A stretch of DNA of 63,899 nucleotides, filler included, from Gonapodya sp. JEL0774 (GCA_027604505.1; 3 parts of 3 records of this genome joined end to end with filler, not necessarily neighbours in it); one strand, 5' to 3'; counted from the first letter of the whole stretch, positions 48,241-63,059 are shown. The notes: generated by a model from the letters alone, not told the origin. Numbers and translations are program-made.

Positions 48241-50865
48241 TTACAACTCCGCAGTCCACCAACCACAGTCTCTAACTTCCTCCACCGTTGCTCTCTTTGC
48301 AGGATCCTTCTCCAGGAGTCGATCAAGTAACGCGATGACTTGAGGGGATCGCTGATAGCGAGGACGAGCGTAGCGGAGATGGACAGTTTGCGAGGGATCG
48401 GCGAAAGGGAGTTCAGAAAAGCAGAGGGTCTAACATGCAGTGAGATTCACATTCTCGTCAACATGCGGAGGAAGCAAGCCATGTGGGATATGTCGCAAAA
48501 ATCGACTCACATATAGAAGCACTCCCAAACTCCACATTTCTGCTTCTGGCCCTCTGTATCGCTTTCCGCACAACACCTCTGGAGCGCAGTACTGTACCGT
48601 ACCGTAGAATCGATCAAAAAATAGATCGGGTCGGTCCTTCGCCGGAATAAACGCGCTGTTACCCATATCAATAAGCTTGACGTGTAGAGTATGCGACACG
48701 ACCAAGTTTTCGTCCCTGGAAGGCGAACCGAGAACTGGACGCATGAGCCTAATCCTGAAGGCTAATTACTAATCAAAAGTCCAAAACACTCACTTAATAT
48801 CCCGATGAACCACTCCGCATACTACGTGCAGATACCATACAGCCTCCACCACCTGTCGGAAGATGTACCGAGCCTGAGTCTCTGTCAACACTCCCAGCTT
48901 CTCCACACACTCAAAGAGATCCGTAGAAGGGTGCTTGGGGACAACCGTTGTCACAAGCGGTGGGGTTATACTCAAGGAGGGTGGAACGAGGCACGGGCAA
49001 AGACCGGGAATGGTGTTCGGGGCAGGGGCGGCAGAGGGAGGAAGTTGCGATGTCGAAGTGATGGCCGGAGACAGGTGACTTGGAAGTGGTTTACCCGAGG
49101 CGATTGCATCAGCAGCAGTTTTGATTAGCGAGGACGCTTGCAAAGGGTCCAGTCCATGGCACGTGGGAACTCGGTACTTGGAGGAATCATCCCAGGGGCA
49201 GCCGTGCAGTTCCTGAACAAGAATAAAATGCCTATACCGGGAGAGTGAAGTAGACACACCGGCTGGTAAATACTTTAGTCCTGATGCCCGACTCCTGCAA
49301 AAGTCCGTGGCCTCAATTTTCGTGTCACTCCGAACACGCACCTGGGGTCTTCCCAAACGTCCAAAAATCCAACAATATTTTCGTGCTTCATATTCTTGAG
49401 TAAGTACACCTCAAGTGGCACTGCCACCTTCTTTTCCTCCTTTGGTACCGGCGCTGGTGTCGGCTCCTGTATCATCGGCTTAGCCTTTGCCCTACGTCGT
49501 CCACTGTTGCGCCCGCCTGCAGCATCCATGTCTACATCGCTGTCACTGCTGTCGTCATCACTAGATTCGCTTTCAAGAGTTCCCGTCCCCGCTGTAGAGG
49601 TAGTGGAGGTCACGGGCGACGGACTGAGCGTATCAAGGACCCACGAGTGGGACGAGACGCGACTCTTGTAGATGAATTTGACACACACAGATTGCCAGTC
49701 AGTTCGCCGACGGGCGACTACAGCAAAACCACATCCTATCGTGGAGTAGTCACGTACACGACGTTATTTTGGCGTAAGAACCCTGCTTCCGCGAAATGAC
49801 ACATACCACCGCTTCCAAGTTCTTCCGTACACACGTATTTATCCGAAAATGCTTTCGGTAGCGCGCATTGTTCCGGAAAGAGCAGGACCTTTTGGGCCGG
49901 AGTCAGTGAGTTGATTGCTTCCTGCAAGCGCGACTGCTGCGATTGGTACACGGATGCGGCGGATGTGGCTGCACCGAGCGCACGGGCGAAAAAGAGTTGT
50001 CGGTGGGATTGAATTGTGAGGGTTTGTACTTGCAGGAGGCGGATCGAGAGGTCTGACTGCTGGTCATGGTCCTGGTGATGGTGGTGGTGGTGGTGACTAC
50101 CGGTTTGGTCAGATCGAGAGTTTGGAGGTGATGATGGAGCAGAGCGACAGCCCTTGCCGACATTGGAAGCAGGGTGTTGTTGGCCAGTGCTGTGAGGGGC
50201 TAGGACAGAATCTCTGACCGGGGTGGCGCCATCAGATGCACCATTTGCCGAGTGCATAGAAGAAGGTGTCGGAAGATGATGGTGCGGAGAGCCAGACGCA
50301 GATGGAGTGAAGAATTGGTATCGAGCGACGTTTGGAGCGCGGTGCAACTCCGTTGTCATCGAGGCGGAGCCTGGAGCCGAGTTCGCGGGCGGATTGTCCC
50401 ACCTTCCCTCAGACGAGTGTGCCACGTGCGCTTGAACACCTTCGTGACCGTGTTTTCCGACTAGATGAGACCAGAGCGAGGTCAAAGGTGACGGTCTGTG
50501 TTCGGCCTCCGTCACAACGGACGCCAGATTCACGGCCGCAATCACCGCAGGGTGGCAGTAAGGAGTTGACTTGGAATTTTTGCTATAGACGAGCTTCCCT
50601 CGCTTCTTCGTTTTCCGTTCACAGTCCGGGTTTCCACAGGGTCTGAAAACGTTTGGTTCCGTTGTCGATGGCCGGCACATTCCCCCCAAAGTCCTCCGTT
50701 GCCAAGACCACTCCGACAACCGAGCTTGGTTGGCGGTGATTTCCTCAAGTTTTGAGCTCCCTTCGGCCACGCTCCCAGTGCTTGCGAGAAAATGTTTGAA
50801 AGTATGGCACAAATAAAATGGCGCTAGGTGACTAACACGAGGCAAGAAAGACCCTTGTGAGGCAT
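48241..50865 (-). CDS. Ser/Thr protein kinase, PAS-kinase/PIM-like (CAMK group)
   Basis: ELGSGG|CGF, VCVKFIYK, VPLEVYLL, DLFECVE, HRDIK|DENL, KLIDMG, FYGTVQYCAPEVL, YRGPEAEMWSLGVLLY. Stop TAA at 48241-48243. Confidence 0.9.
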
Positions 50866-51064
50866 CTTACTACAAACAGCATTTCGCACTTGTAAGTATC
50901 GTTTACTTGGGATATTCGATTGATGTTCTGCGTAAGGCATTTCTCGCCGGATGTGTTCATCAAGTACCGTACTCTTCAATTCGGATTTCTGTCGAGCAAC
51001 AAGTGACAGTACACTCATACAAATCACCTGCAACATTTTGCGACAGATAATCAGATCCACTGAA

Positions 51065-52470
51065 TTAATCGAAAATTGCTGCTGCTCTTTGGAGTCCATG
51101 CTGCATAGCCGCCTTCCGCAAACGTTGGCGATCTAAAAACGTGACAGAGCGGCAGTAGTGCTGAAGTATATCTCTCCCATCACCCCATTTACTTCCATCC
51201 ATCTGCAGGAGGTCCTTTGCAATAGCTTGAATGTCTGTTGGAGGTATCCCATACTTCCCCAAGAGGAACTCGGCAGCAAATATACTCCGATCTTGACCAA
51301 TTGACTGACGATTAAGATGTAGAGCTAGAAGTGGTAGGAGGTCCTCAATGATGGATGGAGAGACGCGACGGAATAGGAACTGAGATTCTGCCACTCTACC
51401 AAAAGTCCTCCAAGCCTTTGAATCCCCTCCAAGATACTGCAAAAATTTCCATGCTTGCTCAAATGCACTTGAAGCATCATTGCAACGCATTGCCGCATCA
51501 ACAGCTGCGATTCCAATGGTTTCATCTCGTCCATCGCTCAATTCCCAGACTTCAATTGGGTTGGTGTATTTATTGCGCAGCACCGATAATGCTGCCACAG
51601 CAGTTTGTGACAGGTTGCGAGTATGCCATTCTGAAACCCACAAGACCTTGCGGAGTCCCAAGCCTGTTGTAGTACACCAATGTAGTGCCAACTTTGGTGA
51701 TGAAGCGAGGTTCATCAGAAAAGCTTCTTCTGGAACGTTTGCCTGGTAAAGAGCATTCAAGAACCGCTGTGAGTCGCCGTTGAATGGTGAATTCTCCAAA
51801 ACGCTCTCAGTCTCTATGAGCATCACCGAAGTAATGAAATTATTCCACTGACGTTCGGTGAAGTCAGATGGTGCCGTTGGAATGACGGTTGGAACTTCGT
51901 CACACGACTCCGACATCTTCATCGCAGTGGACCATACAAGGATAGAAGGGCTAGGTAAATCTACGCTACATACCTGGAAGAAGACTTCGGACTCACATCA
52001 TGACCGATGTAGCCCTCAATCAACTCTTTGAACGACTGGACGACAGAACTCGGCCGCCACACCTCGAAAGCACGCGTGAAGAAACGAATTATATCACTTC
52101 GCCGAGAGTACCCAAGATGAATGATGATGAGCGCGATTGTCGATCCGCTCAGTACGGGAGCGGGGCCGATGACGTCTGCGAAAGTCACAAAGTCCTTATC
52201 CAAGCCCAACCCTTTCATCTGAGGAATCATGAACTCGAGCCCGAAAACCTTGAAACAAAGATAAAATCCCGTACGAAGGTCCCGCGTCTGCTTGGTTCGC
52301 TCGCAAGCGCGCCTGAATCTGAGAAGACAGGTTTTATGAACGTCGTTTCTGAAGGGTTTGGAGACAACGCGTAGGCCCCATAACTGCGAAAGACGTAAAC
52401 GGTAGAGGATATGACTTTGAAGTATTTCACTGGCACGAATAAGGGCGCGAGCGGGGGAGTAGAAGAGCAT
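51065..52470 (-). CDS. Hypothetical protein with a divergent N-terminal F-box-like motif (2 exons)
   Basis: SEILQSHILYRLRLSQLWGLRVVSKPFRNDV resembles an F-box. ORFs 51961..52470 and 51065..51922 join through a probable intron. Confidence 0.5.
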
Positions 52471-53299
52471 AATCTTTGCTCTGGAACGAGAGTGCGGCTA
52501 TTGCATTCCGGTGCTGGAGTGGTTGGATAGGTCCTGAATGCACACAGTACCCCGAGCGATTCAACTGCTTCCGCTCCATTTTCGGGTCTCGGTCGACCCG
52601 CGGTGCCCACACTCAGGGTCCATTAAGATTCGTTGATTGATTCGTTAGACTAACAGGGCTGGTGCTGCTATGATGGTCAAGATGCAAGGCCGGTTACGTA
52701 ACACCAAGCACGTCGCACACGTTTTCTGGGCAACTCACTTCACCCGCTCCATCTCCCTCCTTTCCATTTTATCCCTTTCTCCATTGACAGGTCGGTTCCC
52801 TAACTGCACCTGATGCACATATCATTGCCAATGGAATTTTATAACTGCGTCCAATGTCATCACACCCAGAAAGCTGTACATAAATAACTGAATGTCAAAG
52901 TTATCACCGTCGTACTCACGTCTCGTGTGCAAGTACTTTGAGTGTTGCTGCACTGAAGAGACGGGACAGGAAGGATAAATGAGTTTCGGCTTCGTACTTT
53001 TGGGGGCCGTGAGGTGCCGTGACATCATGATTCATGACTGTACAAAAGTCCCTGAGGACTGAAAAACGAAGAACTCGGCGTCGCTACCACGGATTCACAG
53101 CGTCTAATCGTTGTACGCAATTGAATCGATCGAGTTTTGAGGAGTGCGTGTCCGCGCTACTCGTCAGGTCGCTTCTCGCGTCGATTCGCGGCGTCTGCAT
53201 GGTGCATTCTCCCGTTTATCCTCAACAAAGGCGTATTCACCATCGCATTTGCGCAATCGCCACTTTTTGCGTCTTAAGTCTTCCCCACAACAGCAGTAG

Positions 53300-56200
53300 A
53301 TGACAGTCTCAGAGCCGGGCCTGCCGTCTTCCGAGCAGCCGAGACCGCACGTCGATAGCTTGGAACAGTACAAGCAGCAATGGACTCAGAGCGTGGAAGA
53401 TCCGGATACGTTCTTTGGAGAGGTGAGTGCGTGTATGTATTGTTAATTGGATCACGGATATCGATCAGGTATAACTCTTACAAACCCGATTCTTCGAATC
53501 GCACACTACAGGCCGCACTCAAAGAGCTCAAGTGGATCACTCCTCCAACCACCATTCGCTCGGGAAGTTTTGAAGATGGGGATGTTGCGTGGTTCCATGA
53601 CGGTGAGTGTGCCAAGGCAGAGCGCTCCGTGTCGTTTGTTGTGACATATTCTGCACGCCCTGCATGCCCAATCCGTTTCTCTATAATGAGGCTATTTAAA
53701 TGCATCCGTCAACTGCGTCGACCGATGGGCGCTCAAATCTCCAAATAAGGTACGTCGTAGGCTATGACTCCGGTCTTAATGTCTTCAGACCGGAACATCT
53801 CACTTGGTGTCTCTACCCAGCCCGCCATCATCTGGGAGTCCGACGAGCCAAATGAGCACGTCATCATCAGTTACAGCGATCTACTGAAGCAAGTGTGCAT
53901 GGTAGCGAATGTGCTCAAGTCTTTTGGCGTGAAGAAAGGAGACGTCGTAGCGATATACTTGCCAATGGTTCCAGAGGCGGTTTACGCCATGCTCGCGTGC
54001 GCTAGAATTGGCGCGATTCATTCGTGGGTAGCTGACGTTCTCTGCTCATCTGGTGGAACGGACAGCTTACAAACGATCACAAATTCATCGATTTGTCATC
54101 GATCCCTGCTCAGCGTCGTGTTCGCGGGATTCTCTGCCGAAGCTCTTCGAGACCGTATTCAAGACGCGAATTGTGATGTACTCATCACTGTGAGCCCACT
54201 GTGCTACATTTTGATAAAGATCGTGATTCTCACTCAGAGCTTGCAGGCGGATCAAGGATATCGGGGCAGCAAGCGAACTCATCTGAAGAAGATCGCTGAC
54301 CAAGCTCTTACAGAGTGCCCAACTGTCAAAGTGAGTACTCTAGATTGCTCAGATCTCTTGTATTTTCTATATATCCGACTTCGACATCGATCCATCAGAG
54401 AGTCCTCGTCCTCCAACGCACCGGTGACCCTGCCACTCCCTTCCACCCAAACCGTGACTTCTGGTGGCACGAACAAATCGCTAAGCAGCGCCCATACTGC
54501 CCTCCTGAGGTCATGAACGCGGAAGATCCGCTTTTCATTCTATACACGTCTGGCAGCACCGGAAAACCAAAGGGCGTGCTGCATACAACGGCAGGATATC
54601 TCCTCGGCGCCGCACTGTCAACTAAACTCGTCTTCGACGTTCATGAGGGTGATAGATTCGGATGGTTAGTATGCGGTATCGAATCTGGTTCCCATTAATT
54701 ATTCTAACTCCGAGGTACCCTGGACGACAAATAGTACCGCGGACGTCGGTTGGATCACAGGTCACACCTACATTGTGAGTTTTGGGTTCTGTTCAATAAA
54801 CCTGAAACCTCGTTTTACACGGCCCTCCGTACCGTAAGGTGTACGGTCCTTTGGTCATCGGCACAACCACACTCGTGTTCGAATCCATTCCGACATACCC
54901 AAACCCAGGTCGATACTGGCAAATGATTGATACCCACAAGGTATGTTTCAATTCAGATCATTCCTAGGATCGTTCACATATTCATCTCCACAACAAATAC
55001 CATGGATATGTGCAGCTGACACACTTTTACACCGCACCAACCGCAATCCGTGCACTCCGACGACTCGGTGATAAACACGTAGCACCGTACAGGCTTGACT
55101 CCTTGAGAGTGCTCGGATCCGTTGGAGAGCCTATTAAGTGAGTATAACCTGCCATAACCCATAATTTCAACCAAAAACTTACACCAGTCCACGCTATTAA
55201 AGCCCGGAAGCATGGCACTGGTACAACGATGTGATTGGAAAGGGAAGGTGTCCTATAGTGGACACATACTGTGAGTACGGTCTCTACATGCTTCCTTCCA
55301 GTCCTTTGCAAGGTTCATACGGAAACTTTTCACCATAGGGCAAACTGAAGCAGGTTCGATTATGATCACTCCACTCCCTGGGGCAATTTCTACGAAACCA
55401 GGTGCTGCTACTCTGCCCTTCTTTGGGTTAGAAGCAGCTGTCTTGGATCCAACCACAGGGAAGGTGATCGAAGGCAACGAGGTGGAAGGAGTTTTGTGCA
55501 TGAAGAGACCGTGGCCCAGTATGGCCAGGACGATTTACGGTGATCACAAGAGATACCTTGAGACGTACATGTCCGTGTACAAGGGATTCTACTTCACCGT
55601 GAGCGTCGCTTTTAAACGGTGGTACGAAAGTACTCCCTAATGCAATGCCTCAAACAACTTACCCGTCATACGAAATGACAGGGCGATGGTGTCGAGCGTG
55701 ACAAAGATGGTTATATTTGGATCAAAGGTAGAGTTGACGGTGGGTTCGTTGCAATAAGCGACCAGCTTTCAGTCTCCTCCTAATCCCAATAATTTTTACC
55801 ACTTTACGTCACACAGATGTCATCAACGTCAGTGGCCATCGTCTCTCTACTGCAGAGATCGAGTCTGCACTGATTCTTCACCCGAAAGTGGCTGAGGTGG
55901 GTATAATGATCTTCTTCGTCATTTTTCAGTATCGAGAGTCTCATCACTTACTTTGCGAAGGCGGCTGTCGTCGCCATTGACGATGATCTCACCGGCCAAG
56001 CCATCTTCGCCTATGTTGTTCTCAAGGACGAGGGCAGCGAACAATCAGCATCTCATTTATCCACATCGGTTGCACACATTCATCACGACTCGCATTCTGA
56101 TACTTTGAAGAAGATGACGCAAGACTTGGTTCACCAGGTCCGATCACATATCGGACCTTTCGCATCTCCGAAACGTGTTCTACTCGTACCGGATTTACCG

Positions 56201-56509
56201 AAAACAAGATCTGGCAAGAGTAAGTTGTGATTTTTTGATTGTTATCAGGAGCCGAGCAGATTAGTTATGTTCATGCGCGAGTTTGCCTTGTCCCCGACAG
56301 TCATGAGACGAATTTTGCGAAAGATCGCGAATGGTGACGATTCCGCTCCAACTGAAGAGGAAATTGGCAAGTTGGGGGATTTAAGCACACTCGCTGATCC
56401 GAGGTACGTGCAATCTCGAGTGAAAGAACTGCCTGATTGACCAATGATGTCTTGTATGCGCCATTGCAGTGTCGTGGAGCTGTTGATAAGGAAAGTATAC
56501 CAGAAGTGA
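53300..56509 (+). CDS. ACS: Acetyl-CoA synthetase (AMP-forming)
   Basis: [110 protein letters not shown]. Many introns. Confidence 0.97.
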
Positions 56510-56861
56510 CGCATGGTGAGAGCTTGACAAGAATCCAGATTGTGTTGTACGAGTATCATGGCGTCGCGCCAGGGTCGGTACCAGTGCCAAAACAGTTGAT
56601 CATGCGGAGTCGGGGAGAAAGAAATCTGGAGTTGGGACATTCATTCAACGACGAATTTTGTGCTATGTGTACAGAGCCACACAGGAACTTCATGAATATA
56701 TTTTCTGTTCGTTAGCCTCTTCTTCGGTTGCAGGGTTCAGTTGCGCTTATCGGACCCCACAGTTTCCTGTCCCGTTGCAGCCTAACCCAGGCGAATTCCA
56801 CCGGCGATCATTCAATTCTCTATACTTTGCGCGAAGATTTGCGTTTCGCAATCGCCTTAAG

Positions 56862-59800
56862 ATGCACTTATCGCCCAAAGAACTGGACAAGCTTGTACTT
56901 CACCAGGCACGTAAATCGCCAAGTGACAAATGTCCTTGAAACCATGTTTCCCGTCGGTGTTCAACGATCTGACGTGATCTTTCTCACTGTTACCCCCGAT
57001 CGCGGAACTTTCTGATCGCTGACCCTCGTACCAGGTTGGTTTCCTCGCTCAGAAGCGATTGGCTCGGGGAGTGAAGCTTAACTTCGCGGAAGCCACGGCT
57101 CTCATTGCAAGTCAGCTGCTTGAGCTTATTCGGGATGGGAAACACTCAGTCGCTCAGCTAATGGATGTTGGTCGTAAAGTGGGTGGATCTCTCGTTAGGA
57201 AGAGACAGGCGCCGATCCCCGCGGATTCAAAATCCACCATTTCTAGCTTCTTGGACGTCGCCATGTCCTTCCGTCGGTTCTCTCAGTTCTTCATGAAGTC
57301 CAAGTCGAGGGCACATTCCCCGATGGGTCCAAACTTGTGAGCTAGCTCGGGGTCATAATTGAACTATCTTGCAAGTTTCCTGATCGAAACAGTCTCACTT
57401 GTATAACCGCAGGTGACAATTCATGATCCTATCTCATCTGACGATGGTGACCTGGAACTCGCGCTGTACGGCTCTTTTTTACCTATTCCCAAAGCCGAGA
57501 TGTTTCCCTTGGAACGAGTGGATCAAACAATAGTACCACCTGGCGGAGTCGTTGTTCAACCCGGAAAGATAAGCTTGAATACTGGCCGAAAACGTGTTGG
57601 ACTGAAAGTTACAAATAACGGAGATAGACCTGTGCAGGTATGCCAATTTCGTTCCTCCGTACGTGGGTATTGAATGTTTGATAATCTACGCATTATAGGT
57701 CGGTTCACACTATCACTTTATCGAAACAAATCCTCTTCTCGTGTTCGATCGTATATTGTCCTATGGCAAACGCTTGGATATTCCAGCTGGCACGGCAGTT
57801 CGCTTCGAACCCGGCGAAACCAAAACAATCACTCTCGTTGATATCGCCGGCAACAAAATTATCAAAGGTGGGAACAATGTTGCAACTGGAAAGGTGGAGG
57901 ATGGAAAGAAGGAGGCATTAAAGACCAAGATGAAGCAGCTTGGATTTGGTGACCAGACCCAAGATGTCGAAATCGCCGCTAGTGTGTATGAACTGGACAA
58001 AAAGACATACGCGGATTTCTATGGTCCGACGGTAAGTGTCTCTTGAAGCTTGTTGAGCTGTTTGGCGAGGCGTTCCGATGAACTTTTTTCACAAGACCGG
58101 TGATAAAGTTCGACTTGCCGACACGTCACTCTTCCTCGAAGTTGAGCACGACTATACTGTTTATGGTGACGAATGCAAATTCGGTGGTGGGAAAGTTTTG
58201 CGAGATGGGATGGGGCAGGCGGCCGGTGTCACTGACGCCGAGGCACTTGATCTCGTCATCACGAACGCGCTTGTGGTGGACTGGTCGGGAATTTTCAAGG
58301 CAGATATCGGAATCAAAAAAGGTTCGAAATCAGAAGTTGCTTGAGACCTTCTCATCACTGAGTTCGGTACTACTCTCAATGGTCTCGTTCCCAGGGTTCA
58401 TCGTCGGAATTGGAAAGGCTGGAAATCCCGACGTTATGGCTGGCGTCACTCCTGGAATGATCATTGGACCAACCACGGAGGCTCTTGCCGGCGAAGGTCA
58501 CATTTTCACTGCAGGAGCTATTGACGCGCACGTCCATTTCATTTGCCCTCAAATCTGCACAGAAGCTATCGCCTCTGGTGTTACTACTCTGATTGGTAAC
58601 TACCATCGTGATAAAGTCCCTAATGATAGCAAAACACACTAAATGTCTAACCTTAAGGCGGCGGGACCGGTCCCAACACCGGCACGAAAGCCACAACTTG
58701 CACCTCTGGCGTTCACCATACGCAGTTTATGCTCACTTCTACTGACGAGTTGCCGTTGAACTTTGCCTTCACTGGAAAAGGTAACGCAGCGTCTGCAGAA
58801 GGACTCGAGGATCAGATACTTGCAGGAGCAGCTGGGCTGAAACTCCACGAGGATTGGGGTACCACACCGAGCGCCATCGACGCATGTATCAAAGCGTGTG
58901 AGAAGTATGACGTTCAGGCTACCATCCACACTGATACGCTGAATGAGTCCGGTTTCGTTGAGAGTTCGATCGCTGCCATCAATGGTAGATCAATTCATGC
59001 TTATCACACCGAGGGAGCTGGCGGAGGTCATGCTCCAGACATAATTCGCGTGGTCGGGGAATCAAACGTCATTCCCTCGTCCACAAATCCCACACGCGCC
59101 TTCACCGTAAATACCTTGGATGAGCACGTAGACATGCTGATGGTATGCCACCATTTGTCAAGGTCCATACCCGAGGACGTGGCATTTGCGGAATCGCGTA
59201 TCAGAGCCGAGACCATCCAGGCTGAGGACATTCTCCACGACATGGGTGCCATCAGCATTATCAGCTCTGATTCACAGGCCATGGGTCGTGTGGGAGAGGT
59301 AGTTTCACGCACATGGCACACCGGATCCAAGATGAAAGATCAAAGGGGCTGGCTGAAAGGGGGGCAGAATGGGGTGGACGCTCTGGAGAGGAATGATAAC
59401 TTCAGGATCAAACGGTATATTGCCAAGTATACGATCAATCCGTGAGTTTTGTTCGCACACCGTGATCTTTGCTCGCTGAAGTTAAACAACCAGTCCTTTT
59501 CAGTGCGATTGTCAGTGGCATCTCACACATTGTCGGCTCTGTCGAGGTCGGTAAATTCGCGGATCTTGTTATGTACCAGCCAGCACTGTTTGGAACCAAA
59601 CCGGAGCTCGTCATCAAGGGCGGACTGGTACGCTTGGTAGTTTGATTGCACATGCGCACAGGCACAACGTAACTGTTTGCCAATTTTTCATGCACCTGCA
59701 GATCGCGTACTGTCAGATGGGTGATGCTAACGCTTCGATTCCCACCACGCAGCCCGTGATCTCACGTCCAATGTATGCTGGACTTGCATCTGCTGCGGCA

Positions 59801-60049
59801 ATGTCATCTATAGCCTTCGTGAGCAAAGCCGCAGTTGATGCCGGAGTCGCCTTGAAGTACGGTCTCCGCAAGCGTGTTGAGGCGGTCAAGGGCTGTAGTA
59901 AGGTCAGAAAGGTGGATATGAAGCTCAATGCCTCGCTGCCAAAGATGAAAGTAGACCCCGAGACATACAGTGTCTGGGCAGACGGGGAGCTCCTTCAATG
60001 CGCAGCTGCCACGAAGGTTCCGATGTCGCAGGACGTGTATCTATTCTAG
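56862..60049 (+). CDS. URE1: Urease (fused gamma-beta-alpha, eukaryotic type)
   Basis: [117 protein letters not shown]. Confidence 0.99.
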
Positions 60050-60239
60050 ATTTACTCCTGTTCATGATCCAAATGAAGCTGACCCCCAATTCCATGTCAA
60101 CAATATTATTCTGTTCCGAACAACGAATTGTACTCCGAACCAATGCCCTTTCATTTATATCGTAATACATCTAACTGCAGTTTGACAAAAGTTAGACCAG
60201 GTCTGCATCGTTCTAAAACATCAACATATTGATACTCCT

Positions 60240-62902
60240 TCAGTTCAGAGGAAGAATTTTGATGCCGATACCGTATCTTGCTCTCATATTTCTAAGAGGT
60301 CGCGCACAACAGAGATATAACGAAGAATGACCACGATCAGCAGCTGGAATCATCAAACCATTTCAGAACAAAATGCTCACCCGACCACCGCGATTTGGTA
60401 GTCCCATTTATCCGCGGGAACGACCTAGTTGGTTTTAAAGGACTTATTCACATAGGGCTTGAAGATGTCTACATATCAGCCACGACTCACTTTCCACCTG
60501 CGAACAACCTCGGTGAGAATCCATCGTCCTTCAGTAAGGGCAAGCTTCTCTCCCTGCAAAATATTCAGCGGAACAAGTCAGCAGATTCAGCAGAACTATG
60601 ATCACAAATTCGACCCTTGGTTCTCACCAAGCAACGACGGGGGCCATAGCTGAAAGGAACGTAAGCATAGATGGAGGTAGCGCCTACGTTCAAATCGCAG
60701 GTTGGGTGAGCTGGGACCAGAGTTTACTCGTGAAGAACAGTGGTGGACACTCACCTCCTTTGGGATCTTTGATGAATCGATCGGGGTCGAACTCCTCAAC
60801 TGTAGGTCCCCAAATGTTCGGGCTGGGATATCATAAGGACATTCGGGCGAGTTCAGTCGAGCGGAACTTCACTTCGAAGTTCCCGAAAAATACCTACTCA
60901 TGCTGCATTCCCCACTGGTCGTATGTCACGGACATACCGGGCGTGACGGTGAGTTTGTTTCCATTGACGCCGGTGGTGGTATCGTCCCATTCGATCGAGA
61001 CAGGTTTAGACGGGAAACGGGGTTGACCTGTGAGGTAACACAGTGAATGATTCCGGAGGTGAAAGGGCTTGCCGAATGATCGACGAGTACGTCCGAGCAA
61101 CATACCCAGACTGCTGGGCCGCAACCTCAAGGATTCTTTGATGAAAGCATTGCAGTACTTGCTCTTTTCAAGCGAATCGATGTCAAGTTCGCCGTCCACG
61201 CCGAACGCCTCGATTGCTTCATCACGGAGCTTCTGTTGCCAGTCTTGGTGGTGCGCAAGGTAATAGAATGTCCAGGTAAGCATGTTGCTGGTCTGTACAT
61301 GTTATGAGACTCGTTTGGATGGCCGGCGAGTGATATAGTCATAAAAATGCAACAGCTCACGGTGTCATGTCCCGCGAAAAGTAGAGTAATGAGTTGTTTC
61401 ACAAGCTCCTTACGATCCATCCATTCTGGAACCTTGTCGTCCCGAACAAGTGTGGTGATGACCGAGATATCGTCAGCGATCTCCGCCGCCTTGACTGGAT
61501 CGCTTTTAGCCTGCTTCACGGCCTCGATCTTATCGTCAATGACTTTCTGCAGGAGTTTGTGGGCGTCTTGATACCTGAAAAGTCAAAGCAATTCGCCACT
61601 ATAACAATTGAACCACTTTCAGACCGAGTTCGATGCGGCAGAGCTCACTCTTTACTTCTTCGCACGAGAGCGCGTGTCCAAGATTTCGGAAGAGGCAAGA
61701 GAGCAACCTTCACGAAGCGAACGAAGGACTCGTTCACCATGAGCATGAAGGCGTTTAGGAGGTCAGAGCCCTCATTCAGTTGACTCTGGTGAAACGGTAA
61801 ATGCAATCCGAGTGAACATCTGAACGAGATGGAAAAGGTTCATGTCACTTACTTCTGGTGGATATCCAAAGGTCAAGCTGGTAGGTAACAGTGCAGTCGT
61901 TGTAATTCAAAAAATTCGATGTGAAGGTGCGCTTAACACGCACCTCGATATTGAATCGAATGTAAATCGATGGAAAAGCTCTTGCACATCAACTTATTGC
62001 ATGTACGAGAAAACAAAGATCACCACCACTGTATACACCCTCAGATGGAACGACACTCTACTCACAGCCAGTGGGATGCTTTGCGTTATCACGCTCAAAG
62101 CACTTGACAAGTTTGGCCATTTCTCTTTTCAGCATAGGTTGCTGTTTTCGCATGTAAACGTGCTTGAAGAAGGGTTCGACTGCGATTGGGAGGTTGACAG
62201 ACTTACTACCTCATTCGTACAAACGGTCTATCAATGGAACTTACACATCTCCCGGGCAGCCTTCCACTTCCAGCCGTTCTGCAAGAAAACTAGACTACAG
62301 GCGGAAGAATCTGTGAGCAATTCAACCTTGAACATTCTCAAATTGAGTGTCCGGTGCTCACCCGCCTGCCACATCGTCAAAAGGTTCCAACTCGAAAGGG
62401 TCTTTGTCGAAGGTTTCGTAGTTTGATTGCAGCATCTCCTTAACCACCTTTTTATATCGGAGCATCTGGTCGCTGCCAAAATTAAGCTCCGAACTACAAG
62501 CCGGGTCCCTCACCTTCGGATTGGCAACCCGAACACCGCGAAGCTCAAACGGATTCCATGAATATGAGCCAATCACTGAAGAAAAATGATGCAGAATTGT
62601 GGAGTCGCAACCTCCATTGCAATAAGCGTCAAATAAACACCTTGTCCCCAAGACTTCGTACGCTCCCAGCTGAATATATAACCTGCATGGAGCTCTGACG
62701 CTTTGGATCCGACGAGGGGAATGCCATTTTCGACCGGAATGCCTGGTGCGAGTATTTATAAACAATCAGTCCAGCTGTGAGATGACAACGGGGGCAATCA
62801 TCACTCCAAAGTCTCACCGTTGATATGAGAGCGGATCCTGGGCAGCAGATACAAGTAGGCTACCAAGCCAGCGATGACCAGCACAACGACTTGGACAATC
62901 AT
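60240..62902 (-). CDS. Cytochrome P450 (many short exons)
   Basis: N-terminal anchor MIVQVVVLVIAGLVAYLYLLP, then DVQELFHRFTFDSI, I-helix LLFAGHDT, ExxR KESLRLRP, FDPDRF and heme motif PFSYGPRRCL(G). Confidence 0.93.
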
Positions 62903-63059
62903 GATTTTTTTTGCAAGTAAAGTTGGGCGACCGGTGATGGGAACCGACACTTTTTGTGTTGTCAGTCTCCCGACCGGAGTTGAGGCTCTCTCCCACCGGT
63001 GGACACTTCCCGATCAACTCCCGATTCTCATCAACACAACCAATTGCGCGAATTTTCAA

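Noticed and set aside
35252..60049. Metal/nitrogen gene cluster linking MOCS2B, ACS and urease
   Set aside because: The genes are spread over 25 kb, interleaved with unrelated housekeeping genes and a contig join, and no urease accessory or nickel-transport genes are present.
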